This document shows, piece after piece, positions 49,690 to 63,159 of a stretch of 64,000 nucleotides of DNA. The translations under genes were made by a program, and so were the position numbers. The first letter of the stretch is position 1; every line of letters starts with the position of its first letter. Origin of the DNA: Cetorhinus maximus. Lineage: Eukaryota. The stretch spans positions 28,272,001 through 28,336,000 of the forward strand of contig NC_135901.1 of assembly GCF_964194155.1 (NCBI RefSeq), given 5' to 3'. The notes beneath the pieces are model-generated. The model was not told the origin of the DNA. It saw only the letters and a program-made list of their open reading frames with translations, and did no database searches.

Positions 49690-50225
49690 ACTACCTCTGC
49701 CACTGAAGATGGGCGGAGGTAATATTTACATCCCTGTTATTCTGTTTGTAAACAATTTATCTCCCAAACTAATGAACGGATTTTAACAAAACTCAGTACA
49801 CCTACAGGATATGGCTCGTGGAAGAACTGATTTGTTTTTGGCGATGATCTGAATCCTGGAATTTTTGAAGGGATCCGTTCCCATTGGGAGATTGTGAGAA
49901 TTGACGTTTTTCTTTTAGATTCTTGGAGTTTGCTTTATTTTGAATGTTGATTGTTTTTGAATGTTGTGGGTTGTCTCCGCTGCTGGGGTGGAATGTCACA
50001 GTTGTCAAAATGTGAGCAGAGTTTTCAGATCAGGTTGTTGGATCTGGAGATTGGTTCTGTTAATACATGCATTTATTTTTCTGCTTTGCAGATACAGAGC
50101 ATGCTTTCATCCCTGTTTGTCTGTCTGTAATACGTCTCAAAAACTAATGGATGGATTTGGATATGGTAAGGCCCAAGGAAGAAATGATGACATTTGGTGA
50201 AGATGCTGACCAGATCCAGATCCTG
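49690..50225 (+). mobile_element. Possible HINE/DINE-1-like non-autonomous Helentron
   Basis: 5' inverted repeat acctctgcc...ggcggaggt, ctgt microrepeat, and a duplicated aaactaatgaacggattt block. Confidence 0.4.
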
Positions 50226-52279
50226 GAAGCTTTTGTATTCGTACACAGAGCCAGGTCCTCTGCAGGCAAAAGGAACTTGCCCGGGCATTTCACCTTTTCA
50301 ATTAAACAAAAGCTTGGGGGACAATTGTTCCCTCGTGCATTCCCCATGGTAACTCCTCAACCAATCTGAGTCCATGTGCCAACCAATCAACACCCTGTTT
50401 CTCAGTCAGTGTAAGTTGCTGTTCCCTTTGACATTTGTATTCTTGGCTCTGGCCGGATGAGTGCAAGACAAAAAACTTCAACAACACGTCTCTTTTTTGT
50501 GTTTTAAAAGTGTTTGTTAGCATTGGGAGATTGTGTGAAATAATGATTTGTTTCCTCACTGACAATTTATTATAAACAATGATAACAAACTGTCATCAAA
50601 AAACTCACATACATTTGCACTAGGAAATTTTTAATTTTAGCGGTAAATGTTCTCGATCTGGATCATTTTTCAGATCCAAAGATCAATTCTATACATGTAG
50701 TTAAAAATTCTGTATAAAAACTCACACAAACAATCGTTTCTGCTCACTGCACAATGATAAAGCAATGTGCAGCCATCAGCTAATCCCACACTCCCAATGA
50801 AGTCTATAGTCTGGTGTCAACTGATTGTGGAATCACAAACAAGCTGATGTCATCTTAGAATGTGATGATGTCAGCTTGATCTTAGACATAAGTGGTGTGA
50901 TGGGAAATGTACAGAACTGGACCAGTTTTCTTCAATAGAGAAACTCTGCTGCCCGTCTCCCAACTCACACTCAGTCCCGTTCACCTATCACCCCCTGTGC
51001 TCACTTACCGACATTGGCTCCCACTCAAGCAATGCCTCAATTTTAAAATTCTCCCCGGGCCCGGTTTTACCTCGTAAAGGTGAATGGGATTTTTATTCAG
51101 CTAAATTCGGGCCCATTCTTTTCAAATCCCTCCACGGCCTCCTTTTATTCAAATCACCACATGATCACACACCCGCAATCTCTCTCTCTTTCATCTTCTC
51201 CATCCCTACAACCCTCCGAGATATCCATGCTTCACTAATTCTGGCCTCTTCAGTATCCCCAGTTTCAATTGCACAACCAGTGGGGGCCGTGTCTTCAGCT
51301 GCCTGGGTCCCACGCTCTAGAATTCCCTCCCTAAACCTCTCTGCCCCTCGATCTTTTTTGCTCTTTTAGGACACTCCTTAAAACCTAACCCTCTGACCAA
51401 GCTACTATTGATCTGAGCTAATATGTCTAAGTGGCTCACTGTCAGATTTGGTTTAATAATTGCTCCTGTGAAGCTCCCTGGGATGTTTAAAGGTGCTATA
51501 TAAATGCAGGTTGTTTTTGTTGTGGTGTTTGAATTATTTTCAGGGGATGCCGCTATTGTGAAGCAGTCAAACGCTTTCTTGCTGCGTCCAGCGAGAGCTA
51601 CAGGAAGGCTGTTGACTATAATCAGCCATGCAAGGCTTTGTTCCATGTTTAAATATACAGAGGAGTGGAGACATTGTTATATTGGTCACTCAGAGCTGAA
51701 CAGAAACCCGTCTCTTTAAATACATAAACAGGGAAGAGGCTGAAATGATATCTGACCCCTTTAACCTGCACAAAAGCAGGAGCCTCAGATTCACAGGCTG
51801 GAGAAGTCCATTCGGCCCATTGTGCACCTGCCATTTCTTTGAAAGGACTCTCTGATTCATCCAACTGCTCTGCTCTTTCCCCACAGCCCTGCAAATTCTT
51901 CCCCTTCAAGTATTTACCCTTTGGAAAGATACCATTGAATCTGCTTTCAGGCTGATCAGAACAACTCGCTGTGTCAAAAAATAAAATCTCATCTCCCCCT
52001 CTGGCTCCTTTGCCTATTACCTTAGAGGGACTCACTTTCTGTTAAAGGGCCCGCCAACCCCTCTCACCCACTTTCCCTAAAGTGCAGAAATCGAGTCAAG
52101 ATTAAAAAATCAGAAAAATCAAATATTTTTACTGATAAAAGTTTGTAATCAAACAGAACATTGTTAAAAGAAAACAGAAAATTACTTGAGGATCAAAGAC
52201 AACCAGAGTAAAAGGATGTGCACAATGTTCTGGATCCAAATGGTTTCTCTTTAATTCATCTGTCCCCTGTTTGCTGCCC

Positions 52280-52890
52280 TCTTTGTGGAACACCTCCGCT
52301 CAATCCACAAGCATGACCCTGACCTTCCAGTTGCTGCCATTATAATTCACCACCTTGCTCTCATGCTCACATTTCTGTCCTCGGCCTGCTGCAATGTTCC
52401 CGAGAAGCCCAACACAAGCTGGATGAACAGCACCTCATCCTCCGATGAGGCACTTTACAGCCTTCTGGACTCAACACTGAGTTCAATAACTTCAGACTGT
52501 CAACTCCGTCCTGTGTTTTGATTTTTTTTTGCCAAGTGCCAGTCTGCATCTTGTTTTCATGTTTTTGCTTTCAGACAGAGCTGTCCTTTATTCTGCCATT
52601 AACACTTACTCTAGGCCAATGCTTTGTTTCTTTACTACAACCATTACCTCTCCCTTTGTCTTTTGTTCCATGATATTTTGGTTATTTAATCTCGCCTGCT
52701 CTCTCACCAATCCCTGACTTTTCCTTTTGTTCTACTGGACCCTCCCCCCTTTCTCAACAGCAACAAACCCATCGCATTTCTCCCTCTCTGAAATTCTGGA
52801 CAAGAGTCATATTGGACTCGAAATGTTAACTCTGTTTCTCTCTCCAAAGATGCTGCCAGACCTGCTGAGTTTTTCCAACACTTTCTATAT
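52280..52890 (+). mobile_element. Older PLE 3' fragment with degenerate hammerhead, in the Z7 3' region
   Basis: EHLRSIHKHDPDLPVA..., ctggacaagagtcatattggactcgaaatgttaact, gatgctgccagacctgctgag. Confidence 0.8.
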
Positions 52891-53151
52891 TTTAGATCTA
52901 CCTGTAGTGGTAGGAACAATCACTATTTACTACCCAGGATAAAATAAATGTACTTTTGTGGATCATTTCAGTGGAAATGTACACTCCCAGGCTCAAAGAG
53001 CATCAGCCCACTGGAAGCAAAGTCGTGAGACTGGCCAGTCCAGCCAAAAGAAACCCTCTGACCCTCCCACTTCACCAAATGTCAGAATGAACATGGTTCA
53101 GTCCTGGATATGATTAACAGCAGCTATCACAGCAGAATCCAACCCCTGTAA

Positions 53152-53742
<591 letters not shown>

Positions 53743-54759
53743 GTTCCAGGTGTCCTTTTGTGATTTCCCCAAGCTTAACGGTCAGTTGATGCCTCACCCA
53801 CACACAGAACACGTGTGCGGTCTCTCCCGCTGTGAATGGCGCAATGTTTTTTCAGGCTGTTGTAACTGGTTGAAGCTCTTCCCACAGTCAATGCATAGGA
53901 ATCCTCTCATTTGGGTGTCTCTGCCTCACTTCTTTTCCAGGCAACCCTGATACTTAAAAACTTCAGAAGGAGAGAGAACAGACAAACAATTGTCCTGCCA
54001 GATTCAAAGGCCGATATTCAGGTCCTGATGAATTGAGTGACTTGTCACATCTCGACGTGATGTTTGGTTTGAGATTTCTGTCTGTAAATCCTCCTCTTCT
54101 AATGTCCTGTAAAAGGAGTTTTCAAAAGTCAGCACTGTTAGTACAGGATAGAAATTAAGAACAGACTATTTTAGTTTCTATGGAACATTCTTACCTCTCT
54201 CGTTCCCCAAAAGATGTAAATGTCCATCCCACACACTCTCCCTCCATTCTCACTCTGCTGTACCTAATATACACCCTCCGAATTCTCCTGAAGGTGCTGA
54301 TTGACAGATTCATGCTGACTGATTCTATACAGAATATATTTATCACACTAAAAACTGAATGCAATATCTGTTATATACAGCATACATGGGGGATGAGAGG
54401 AAGAACTTTATTTAGGTAGTGTGTGTGCTCATGACATGGAACTTACATTCTGTGAGGATGGTGGAAGCAGAGATGATCAAAGATTTGAAAATGAACTTGC
54501 AGGGGAACAGGGATATATTTAGAGGGGGAATGGGACTGACTGGATTGCTCTACAGAGAGTCAGCATGGACTCAAGTTGTCGAATGGGCTCCTTCTGTGTT
54601 GTATTGACTCTCTGACTGTAAAGATATAATATAGCTACAGTCCTGTACTACAAGACAAGAAATAATAAAAAAGGAACTTTATTTAAGAACCATACCTAAT
54701 ATATCTAATGTCAGCCATATAACACTAGGCATATCTCTGTCCTATATTAATTTACTGTC

Positions 54760-55900
54760 CCCTTAAATGTCAGCCATCTCCTGGGGAAACCACCCCTTTA
54801 ATTATGAACATTAGGAAAGAGACCATCTTTTTAGCCAGACAAATAAATGTGTCAAGCTGAGGGAGCAAAGGATGTCAATGTCTTTAAGAGAGAGAGAGAG
54901 ACCTGGGCCAACCTTTCCAGAGTCTGCACCCTCCCTGGATTCACTTCCTTTCCCTTCAGTTCCTGCAAGTCAACAATTTTCCCCCAGAATGAGAAAAGAA
55001 ATGGAAAGGGGGAGAAAAGAAAGTGTTTTACTCACAGATGTTGGACACAGGAAGAAGTTTTAGTCTGTGAATCTCAATCTTCGTTCACACAAAGCCCGCG
55101 CTCTGATTGGCTGGAGGACCAGATCTCATTTGTCATCTCCTGTATGAAAACAATGAGGAAGCGGAACCCGAGCCCACGTGGGGGTGGGAGAGACTTTGAC
55201 CGCCAGCCGCGCTGAGCTGTTGTCCAATCCGCAGTATTTTCCTCCTGTAACCAGTGTTATTGCTCCCAATGGTACAGTGTTGGGAACGCCCCTCTCAGTC
55301 ATTGTGACGTAGAAAACGGGACTCTGCATGAATCAGCCAATAGGAATCACTCTGCTTCGCGGTGACGCCCTCGGGTTCCAGTCTGCAGGCCAGGCGTGCG
55401 GCCACGGGAGCTCCGCCCCCACCCTTTGTTCCCTCTCCCCCTCCAACATCTCGAGCCAAGGTTTCCAGGCAACCGGCTGACGGCTCCGGCCAGAGCGAGA
55501 AGCTGCTCGGAGAACTCGGGAGAGGGGAAGCTGCGCATGTGCAGGGGAGAGCCCGCCCCTTTTCTTCATGGTGAGGGATTAACCAATGGGAAGAGTTGGA
55601 CGACCGGAAGGACTCTGGTCCTCTAGCCAATCAGAGCGCGGGCTTTGTGTGAATGAAGGTTGAGCTTCACACAGACTAAAACTTCCTCCTGTGTCCAACA
55701 TCTGTGAGTAAAACACTTTCTTTGCTCCCCTTTCCATTTCTTTTCTCATTCTGGGGGGAAATTGTTGACTTGCAGGAACTGAAGGGAAAGGAAGTGAATC
55801 CAGGGAGGGTGCAGACTCTGGAAAGGTTGGCTCAGGTCTCTCTCTCTTAAAGACATTGACATCCTTTGCTCCCTCAGCTTGAGACATTTATTTGTCTAGC
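54760..55900. promoter_or_regulatory. Intact bidirectional promoter and both leader modules for Z7/Z8
   Basis: Minus exon 1 at ~55035-55090 and plus exon 1 at ~55650-55703, each with a CCAAT box and the invariant mini-exon. Confidence 0.78.
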
Positions 55901-55901
55901 T

Positions 55902-56225
55902 AAAAACAGAAAATGTTGGAGAAACTCAACAGGTCTGGCAGCATCTGTGGAGAGAGAAACAGTGTTAACTTTTCAAGTCTGCATGACCCTTCTTCAGAGA
56001 CCAAGAAGTAGAAATGTTGTTCTGGTCAAGAGCGAGGTGGAGGAGGTGGAGCAGGATGGAAGGTCAGGGATAGATGGGAGGTAACGAGAGATTGATGAAG
56101 ATGTCGTGGACACAACACAAAGGAGTATTAATGTTAATGGTCGTGGTAAAGACTGAAGGTGGTGCTGATTGTGGGATAAAGTTAAGGATCAGAACGTGTT
56201 AATAGCAGGACAAAGGATTTTGTTT
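55902..56225 (-). mobile_element. Older PLE pLTR with a canonical CUGAAGA hammerhead core
   Basis: Minus strand ctgaaga-agggtc-atgca-gactt-gaaaagtt at ~55965-55997. Confidence 0.7.
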
Positions 56226-56379
56226 TTAGCTTCAGACACACAAAACTTCCTCCTGTGTCCAACATCTGTGAGATCCAACAGAGGGCACAGGTGAGAAGTG
56301 ACTGAAGCATTCTGGGAGAAGTCATCGCAGCCACCGCGACTCAGAAGGGAATTGAGGAGGACCCACTGTCAAAGAACGG

Positions 56380-59300
56380 AAAGGGTAAATAGGGTGGTCA
56401 ACAGGAGTTTAAACTAGAAAGTGGGGGGGAGGGAAGGGTAAAACTCCAAGATGTATGACTAATGGGAAACAAAGCAGCAGGTTAGCGTGTGCAGGGATGG
56501 ATTTAACTTCATGGAAAATTATGAAAAAACTGAAAAGAAAGGAGAGCCCAGGAGAGGCTATTGAAGTCTCCAGAACACAAAATAGGACACAGTGTTTGGA
56601 AAGGGCTAGGAATCTAACTTCAAGCACATCAGATAAAGGGATGACAATGAGAAAGGGGATGGGAAATACAGGACTGAAGGTGTTGTATCTGAATGCACGC
56701 AGTATATGAAATAAGGTAAATGAGCTTGTGGCGCAGATTGAAATTGGCAGGTATGATGTGGTGGGCATTATGTAGACATGGCTGCAAGGGGATCAGGACT
56801 GGGAGCTAAATATCCAAGGATATACATCCTATCGAAAAGATAGGCAGGTTGGCAGAGGGGGTGGGGTTGCTTTGTTAGTAAGAAATGAAATTAAATTGAT
56901 AGCAAGAAATGATGTAGGGTCAGATGATGTAGAATCTGTGTGGGCAGAGTGAGGAACCGCAAAGGTAAAAAAACCATAATGGGAGTTGTGTACAGGCCTC
57001 CGAACAGTAGTCAGGATGTGGGGCACAAGATACACCAGGAGATAGAAAAGGTGTGTAAGAAAGGCAAGGTTACTGTGATCATGGGGGATTTCAATATGCA
57101 GGTAGACTGGGAAAATCAGGTTGGTAGTGGATCCCAAGAAAAGGAATTTGTGGAATGTCTACGAGATGGCTTTTTGGAGCAGCTTGTAGTGGAGCCCACT
57201 AGGGAACAAGCAATTCTAGATTTAGTGATGTGTACTGAGGCAGATTTGATAAGGGAGCTTAAGGTGAAGGAACCCTTAGGAGGAAGTGACCATAATGTGA
57301 TAGAATTTACCCTGCAATTTGAGAGGAAAAAGCTGGAATCAGATGTAAGAGTATTACAGTTGAATAAAGGCAACTACATAGGCATGAGGGAGGAGCTGGC
57401 CAGAATTGACTGGGAGATGAGCCTAGCAGGAAAGACAGTGGAACAGCAATGGCAGGAGTTTCTGGGAGTAATTTGGGAGACACAGCAAAAATTCATCCCT
57501 AGGAAGAAGAAGCATACTAAAGGGAGGATGAGGCAACCATGGCTGAAAAGGGAAGTCAGGGACAGCATAAAAGCTAAAGAGAAAGCATACAATGCAGCTA
57601 AGAGCAGTGGGAAACCAGGGGATTGGGAAGCCTACAAAGACCAACATAGGACAACTGAAAAAGAAATAATAAGGGAGAAGAGTAAATATGAGGATAAACT
57701 AGCCAGTAATATAAAAGAAGATTGCAAGAGTTTTTTTAGATATATAAAGGGTAAGAGAGAGGCAAAAGTGGACATTGGGTCGCTGGAAAATGATGCTTGA
57801 GAAGTAGTAGTGGGGAACAAAGAAATGGCGGAGGAACTGAATAGGTACTTTGCGTCAGTCTTCACAGTGGAAGACACGAGTGGCATCCCCAAAGTTCAAG
57901 AGAGTTGGGGGGGCAGAGGTGAGTATGGTGGCCATTACCAAGGAGAAGGTGCTAGGAAAACTGAAAGGTCTGAAGGTGGATAAATCACCTGGACCAGATG
58001 GATTAAACCCCAGGGTTCTGAAGGAGATAGCTGAAGAGATAGTGGAGGCGTTAGTGGTGATCTTTCAGGAATCACTGGAGTCAGGGAGGGTCCCAGAGGA
58101 CTGGAAAATCGCTAATGTAACCCCCCTGTTTAAGAAGGGAGGCAAAAGATGGGAAATTACAGGCCGATTAGCCTGACGTCGGTCGTTGGTAAGATTTTAG
58201 AGTCCATTATTAAGGATGAGATTTCAGAAGTGCATGGTAAAATCGGTCAAAGTCAGCATGGTTTCATCAAGGGGAGGTCATGCCTGACAGATCTGTTAGA
58301 ATTCTTTGAGAAGGTAATGAGTAGGTTAGACAAAGGAGAGCCAATGGATGTTATCTACTTGGACTTCCAGAAGGCCTTTGACAAGGTGCCGCACAGGAGG
58401 CTGCTCAGTAAGATAAGAGCTCATGGTGTTAGAGGCAAGGTATTAGCATGGATAGAAGATTGGCTGTCTGGCAGGAGGCAGAGAGTGGGGATAAGGGGGT
58501 CCTTCTCAGGATGGCGACCGGTGACTAATGGAGTTCTGCAGGGGTCAGTTTTGGGACCACAACTTTTCACTTTATACTTGAATGATCTAGATGAAGGAAC
58601 TGAGGGCATCCTGGCTAAGTTTGCAGATGATACAAAGATAGGTGGAGGGACAGGAAGTATTGAGGAGGTGGGGAGGCTGCAGAAGGATTTGGACAGGTTA
58701 GGAGAATGGGCAAAGAAGTGGCAGATGGAATACAACATGGGGAAGTGTGAGGTCATGCACTTTAGTGGGAAGAATAGAGGCATGGACTATTTTCTAAAGG
58801 GGAGAGAATTCAGAAATCTAGAGTGCAAAGGGACTTGGGAGTTCTATTCCAGGATTCTCTTAAGGTTAACTTGCAGGTTGAGTTGGTAGTTAGGAAGGCA
58901 AATGCAATGTTGGCATTTATTTCGAGAGGACTAGAATATAAAAGCAGGGATGTGCTGCTGAGGCTTTATAAGGCTGTGGTCAGACCACATTTAGAATATT
59001 GTGAGCAATTTTGGGCCCCGTATCTCAGGAAGGATGTGCTGACCCTGGAGAGGGTCCAGAGGAGGTTCACGAGAACGATCCCAGGAATGAAAGGCTTAAC
59101 ATATGAGGAACGTTTGAGGACTCTGGGTCTATACTTGTTGGAGTTTAGAAGGATGAGGGGGGATCTGATTGAAACTTACAGAATACTGAAAGGCCTGGAT
59201 AGAGTGGACGTGGGGAAGATGTTTCCATTAGTAGGAGAGACTAGGACCCGAGGGCACAGCCTCAGAGTAAAGGGAAGACCTTTTAGAACAGAGATGAGGA

Positions 59301-59537
59301 GAAACTTCTTTAGCCAGAGAGTGGTGAATCTATGGAATTCATTGCCACAGAAGGCCGTGGAGGCCAGTGTATTTAAGACCGAGATAGATAGGTTCTTGAT
59401 TGGTACGGGGATCAAAGGGTACGGGGAAAAGGCGGGAGAATGGGGTTGAGAAACTTATCAGCCATGATTGAATGGCGGAGCAGACTCGATGGGCCGATTG
59501 GCCTAATTTCTGCTCTTACGTCTTATGGTCTTATGGT
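56380..59537 (+). mobile_element. Second young CR1 copy, in the Z8 intron
   Basis: Nearly colinear with 45980-49136, with several stops and frameshifts and a (tcttatgg)n tail. Confidence 0.95.
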
Positions 59538-60891
59538 AAAACACTTTATTTCCCCCTCCCTCTTGGGAAATACAGAGAGTTGTGGGTTCCGGATCTGGAA
59601 TTAGTGCCATATATGCTGAGGGGTAACTTGCTTGTGATTTTGTGGAACCTTTTTTTATTCTATGAGCTGTTTAAAGTCAAATTTATCCAGTGTTCAAATA
59701 ATATTTGTCTCTTAATGAATGCTTCATTTATGTTGATTTTAGTTTGATTGTTACAGTGAAGGTTTTCAAAAAGTGAAACTTGTCCTTCGCTTTATTCCGT
59801 TGGTGTGGTCTGGAAGTTTGTTTATTTTAATGTTATCGATCTCCACAGGGATCGTAATAACAGAGATACGTCTAGTGTTGTTAGACGGTACATATTAGAT
59901 ATATTATTTATGCCCCTGTGATAAAGTACATTTATTTCTAGTCTTGTCGTATAGTACTGTAGCTACATTATATATTTCCAGTCATAGAGTTATTACAGCA
60001 CAGAAGGGAACTTGAGTCCATGCTGACTGTAGAGCAATCCAGTCAGTCCCGTTCCCCCTCTATATCCCCGTCCCCCTGCAAGTTTATTTCCTTCAAGTGC
60101 CCATTCAATTTCATTTTGAAATCATTCATCGTCTCTGCTTCCATCACCCTTGTAGGCAGCGAGTTCCAGGATATGACCTCTCTCTACAAAATAAAGTTCT
60201 CCCTTGTACCTCGAGTCAAGTCATCCAGTTCTGTATTTGATGCATTTTTAGATGTAATATTTTGGCTGGCAGCCTGCATGAAGATTTTCAAGTCTCAGTG
60301 CGCTGTACAGGAAGCAGCGCGCATGGATCTGTCAATCAGCATGAATCAGCACCTTCAGGAGAATTGGGAGGGTGTATATTAGGTACAGCAGAGTGAGAAT
60401 GGAGGGAGAGTGTGTGAGGCAGAGATTTACAGATTTTGGGGAAATAGGGAGGAAAGAATGTTCCATAGAAACTAGAATTGTCTGTTCTGAATTTCTACCC
60501 CGCACTGACAGTGATGACTTTTGTTAACTCCTTTTACAGGATATTAGAGGGGGAAGATTTGCAGACAGAAATCTCAAACCAAATGTTATGTAAAGATCTG
60601 ACAGTCACTCGATTCATCAGGACCTGAATATCATTGGCCTTTAACTGTAGGAGAAATGTTTGTCTGTTGTGTCGACTTCAGAATATTTTAAACATCAGTG
60701 TGACTGAAAAAGCACCGACACACCCACCCAAATCAGAGTGTTCCAGTGCACTGATTGTGGAAGGAGCTTTAACCAGTTACACAGACTGAAAAAACATCAC
60801 TGTTGACAGTGAGGAGAGACTGTGCACATGTTCCATGTGTGGACACCTCAGCCAATCATCAAAACTGGAGAGACACAAGGACACGCGCACC

Positions 60892-61482
60892 ATGGAGAAA
60901 CCGTGGAAATGTGGGGACTGTGGGAAGCGATTCATATCCCCATCGAAGCTGGAAACTCATCGGCGCAGTCACACTGGTGACAGGCCATTCACCTGCTCTG
61001 AGTGTGGGAAGGGATTCGGACATTCATCCACCCTGCAGACACACCAGCGAGTTCACACCGGGGAGAGGCCATTCACCTGCTTTGAGTGTGGGAAGCAATT
61101 CTCTCAGTCATCCCACCTGCTGACACACCATGTCACTCACACCAATGAGAGACCCTTTAAATGCTCTGAATGTGGGAGTAGCTTCAAAAGCTCTAGGGAA
61201 CTGATGTTCCACCAGCGCATTCACACTGAGGAGAGACCATTCAGCTGTTCTCACTGCACAAAGAGGTTTCGAAGGTCATCGGACCTGCGGGAACACAAGC
61301 GAGTTCACACCGGGGAGAGGCCATTCACCTGCTCTGATTGTGGGAAAACATTCAAAGATTCATCCACCCTGCGGACACACCAGCGGATTCACACTGGGGA
61401 GAGGCCATTCAGCTGCTCCATGTGTGGGAAGGGATTCACTCATTTATCCAGCCTGCGGAGACACCAGCGAGTTCACAAGTGA
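60892..61482 (+). CDS. C2H2 zinc-finger protein Z8, 7 fingers
   Basis: Intact [10 protein letters not shown]...HQRVHK*. Last-exon acceptor at 60539. Confidence 0.9.
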   Translation: MEKPWKCGDCGKRFISPSKLETHRRSHTGDRPFTCSECGKGFGHSSTLQTHQRVHTGERPFTCFECGKQFSQSSHLLTHHVTHTNERPFKCSECGSSFKSSRELMFHQRIHTEERPFSCSHCTKRFRRSSDLREHKRVHTGERPFTCSDCGKTFKDSSTLRTHQRIHTGERPFSCSMCGKGFTHLSSLRRHQRVHK

Positions 61483-63159
61483 TTCCAGGGGTTGGATTCT
61501 GCTGTTGTTGCTGCTGTTAATCACATCCAGAGCTGAACCATGTTCATTCTGACACTTGGGGAAGTGGGAGGGTCGAAGGGTTTCTTTCTGCTGGACTGGC
61601 CGGTCTCACGACTTTGCTTCCAGTGGCTGATGCTCTTTGAGCCTGGGAGTGCACATTTCCACTGAAATTATCTACAAAAGCTGATGAAGGACATTTATTT
61701 TATCCTGGATAGTAAATAGTGATTTTTCCTACCACTACAGGTAGATCTAAAATAAATATATTTGTCTCTGTTCCATTGAGTCTACAGCACAGGGCCAGGC
61801 CAGGCGGCTCAATTGGTCTCTGTCAGTATTTGTTCTCCACATGAGCCTCCACCCACCCCTCTTCATCTCCCCCATCAGCATATCCTTCTATTCCTTTCTC
61901 CCTCATGTATCCCCTTAAATATATTCATGCTATTCACCTCAACCACTCGCTGTGGTAGTGAGTTCCACATTCTCACCACTCGCTGGGTAAAGAGGTTTCT
62001 CATGAAATCCCTATTGGATTATTGAACCCCTTCATCATCTTAAAGACTTCCATCAGGTCACCCTTCAGTCTTCTCTTTTCTAGAGAAAAGCAGCCCCAGC
62101 CTTTCCTGAGGGTTAAATGCTCTCAGTTCTGGTATTATTCTTGTGAATCTTTGTTGCCCCTTCTCCAGTGCATCTATTTCCTTTTTCTAAATGGAGATCA
62201 CAAATGTTGACAGTACTCCCAGTGTAGTCTAACCATTGTTCAAAACAAGTTGAACATAACCTCCCTGCTTTTCGATTCTATCCCTCTAGAATGGAACCCT
62301 ATATCTGGGCCCCACACTTTAGGAAAGATGTGAAGTTCTTAGTGAGGGTGCAGAGGAGATTGATGAGAATGGCACCAGGGATGAGGGACTTCAGTCAGTT
62401 GGAGAGACTGGAGCAGCTGAAAATGTTTTCTTTCGATCACAGAGTCACCAAGGCAGAGGATGGCAATGTTGGAAATGCAGGTCCCTTTAAGAGTAAACAG
62501 GACAAGTTTCAGGATGAGTTGAGAGCAGGTGATGCTCATTGAAGCCTGTACTTAAGAGCTGGGGATGGGTGGGGTGTGCTGCTTCTGCAGAAGGGGAGGA
62601 TCCGGAAGGGAAGAGTGGAAACTGGTATTTGTACTGAACTATAGTTTAACAATAAACAGTTGTGCATCACAGAATGTCTTCTGCTGCTTGATTCAGTCAA
62701 TGGATAGTCAACCTATAGAATAGAGGAGGCCATTCAGCCCATCAAGTTCATGCCAGTTCTCTGCAGAGCAAACCCAGTCAGACTTATTGCCCCATTCTCT
62801 CCCCATGGCCCTGCAACCTTATTTCCCTCAACTGCCCGCCTAGTTCCATTTTGAAACTGTTCACTGTCTCTGCTTCCACCCCCCTCAGAGGCAGCGAGTT
62901 CCAGGTCATTACCACTCACTGTGTAAAAACGTTTCTCTTCAAATCCACCGGCCCCCCCGCATCTTTTTATTTGAATTTTTTATGGGATGTGGTTATCGTT
63001 GGCTGGGCCAGCATTTATTGCCCCTCCCTAATTGCCCTTGAGAAGGTGGTGTTGAGCTGCCTTCTTGAACCGCTGCTGTCCATGTGGTGTAGGTCCACCC
63101 ACAGTGCTGTTGGGGAGGGAGTTCCAGGATTTGATCCAGCGACAGTGAAGGAACGATGA

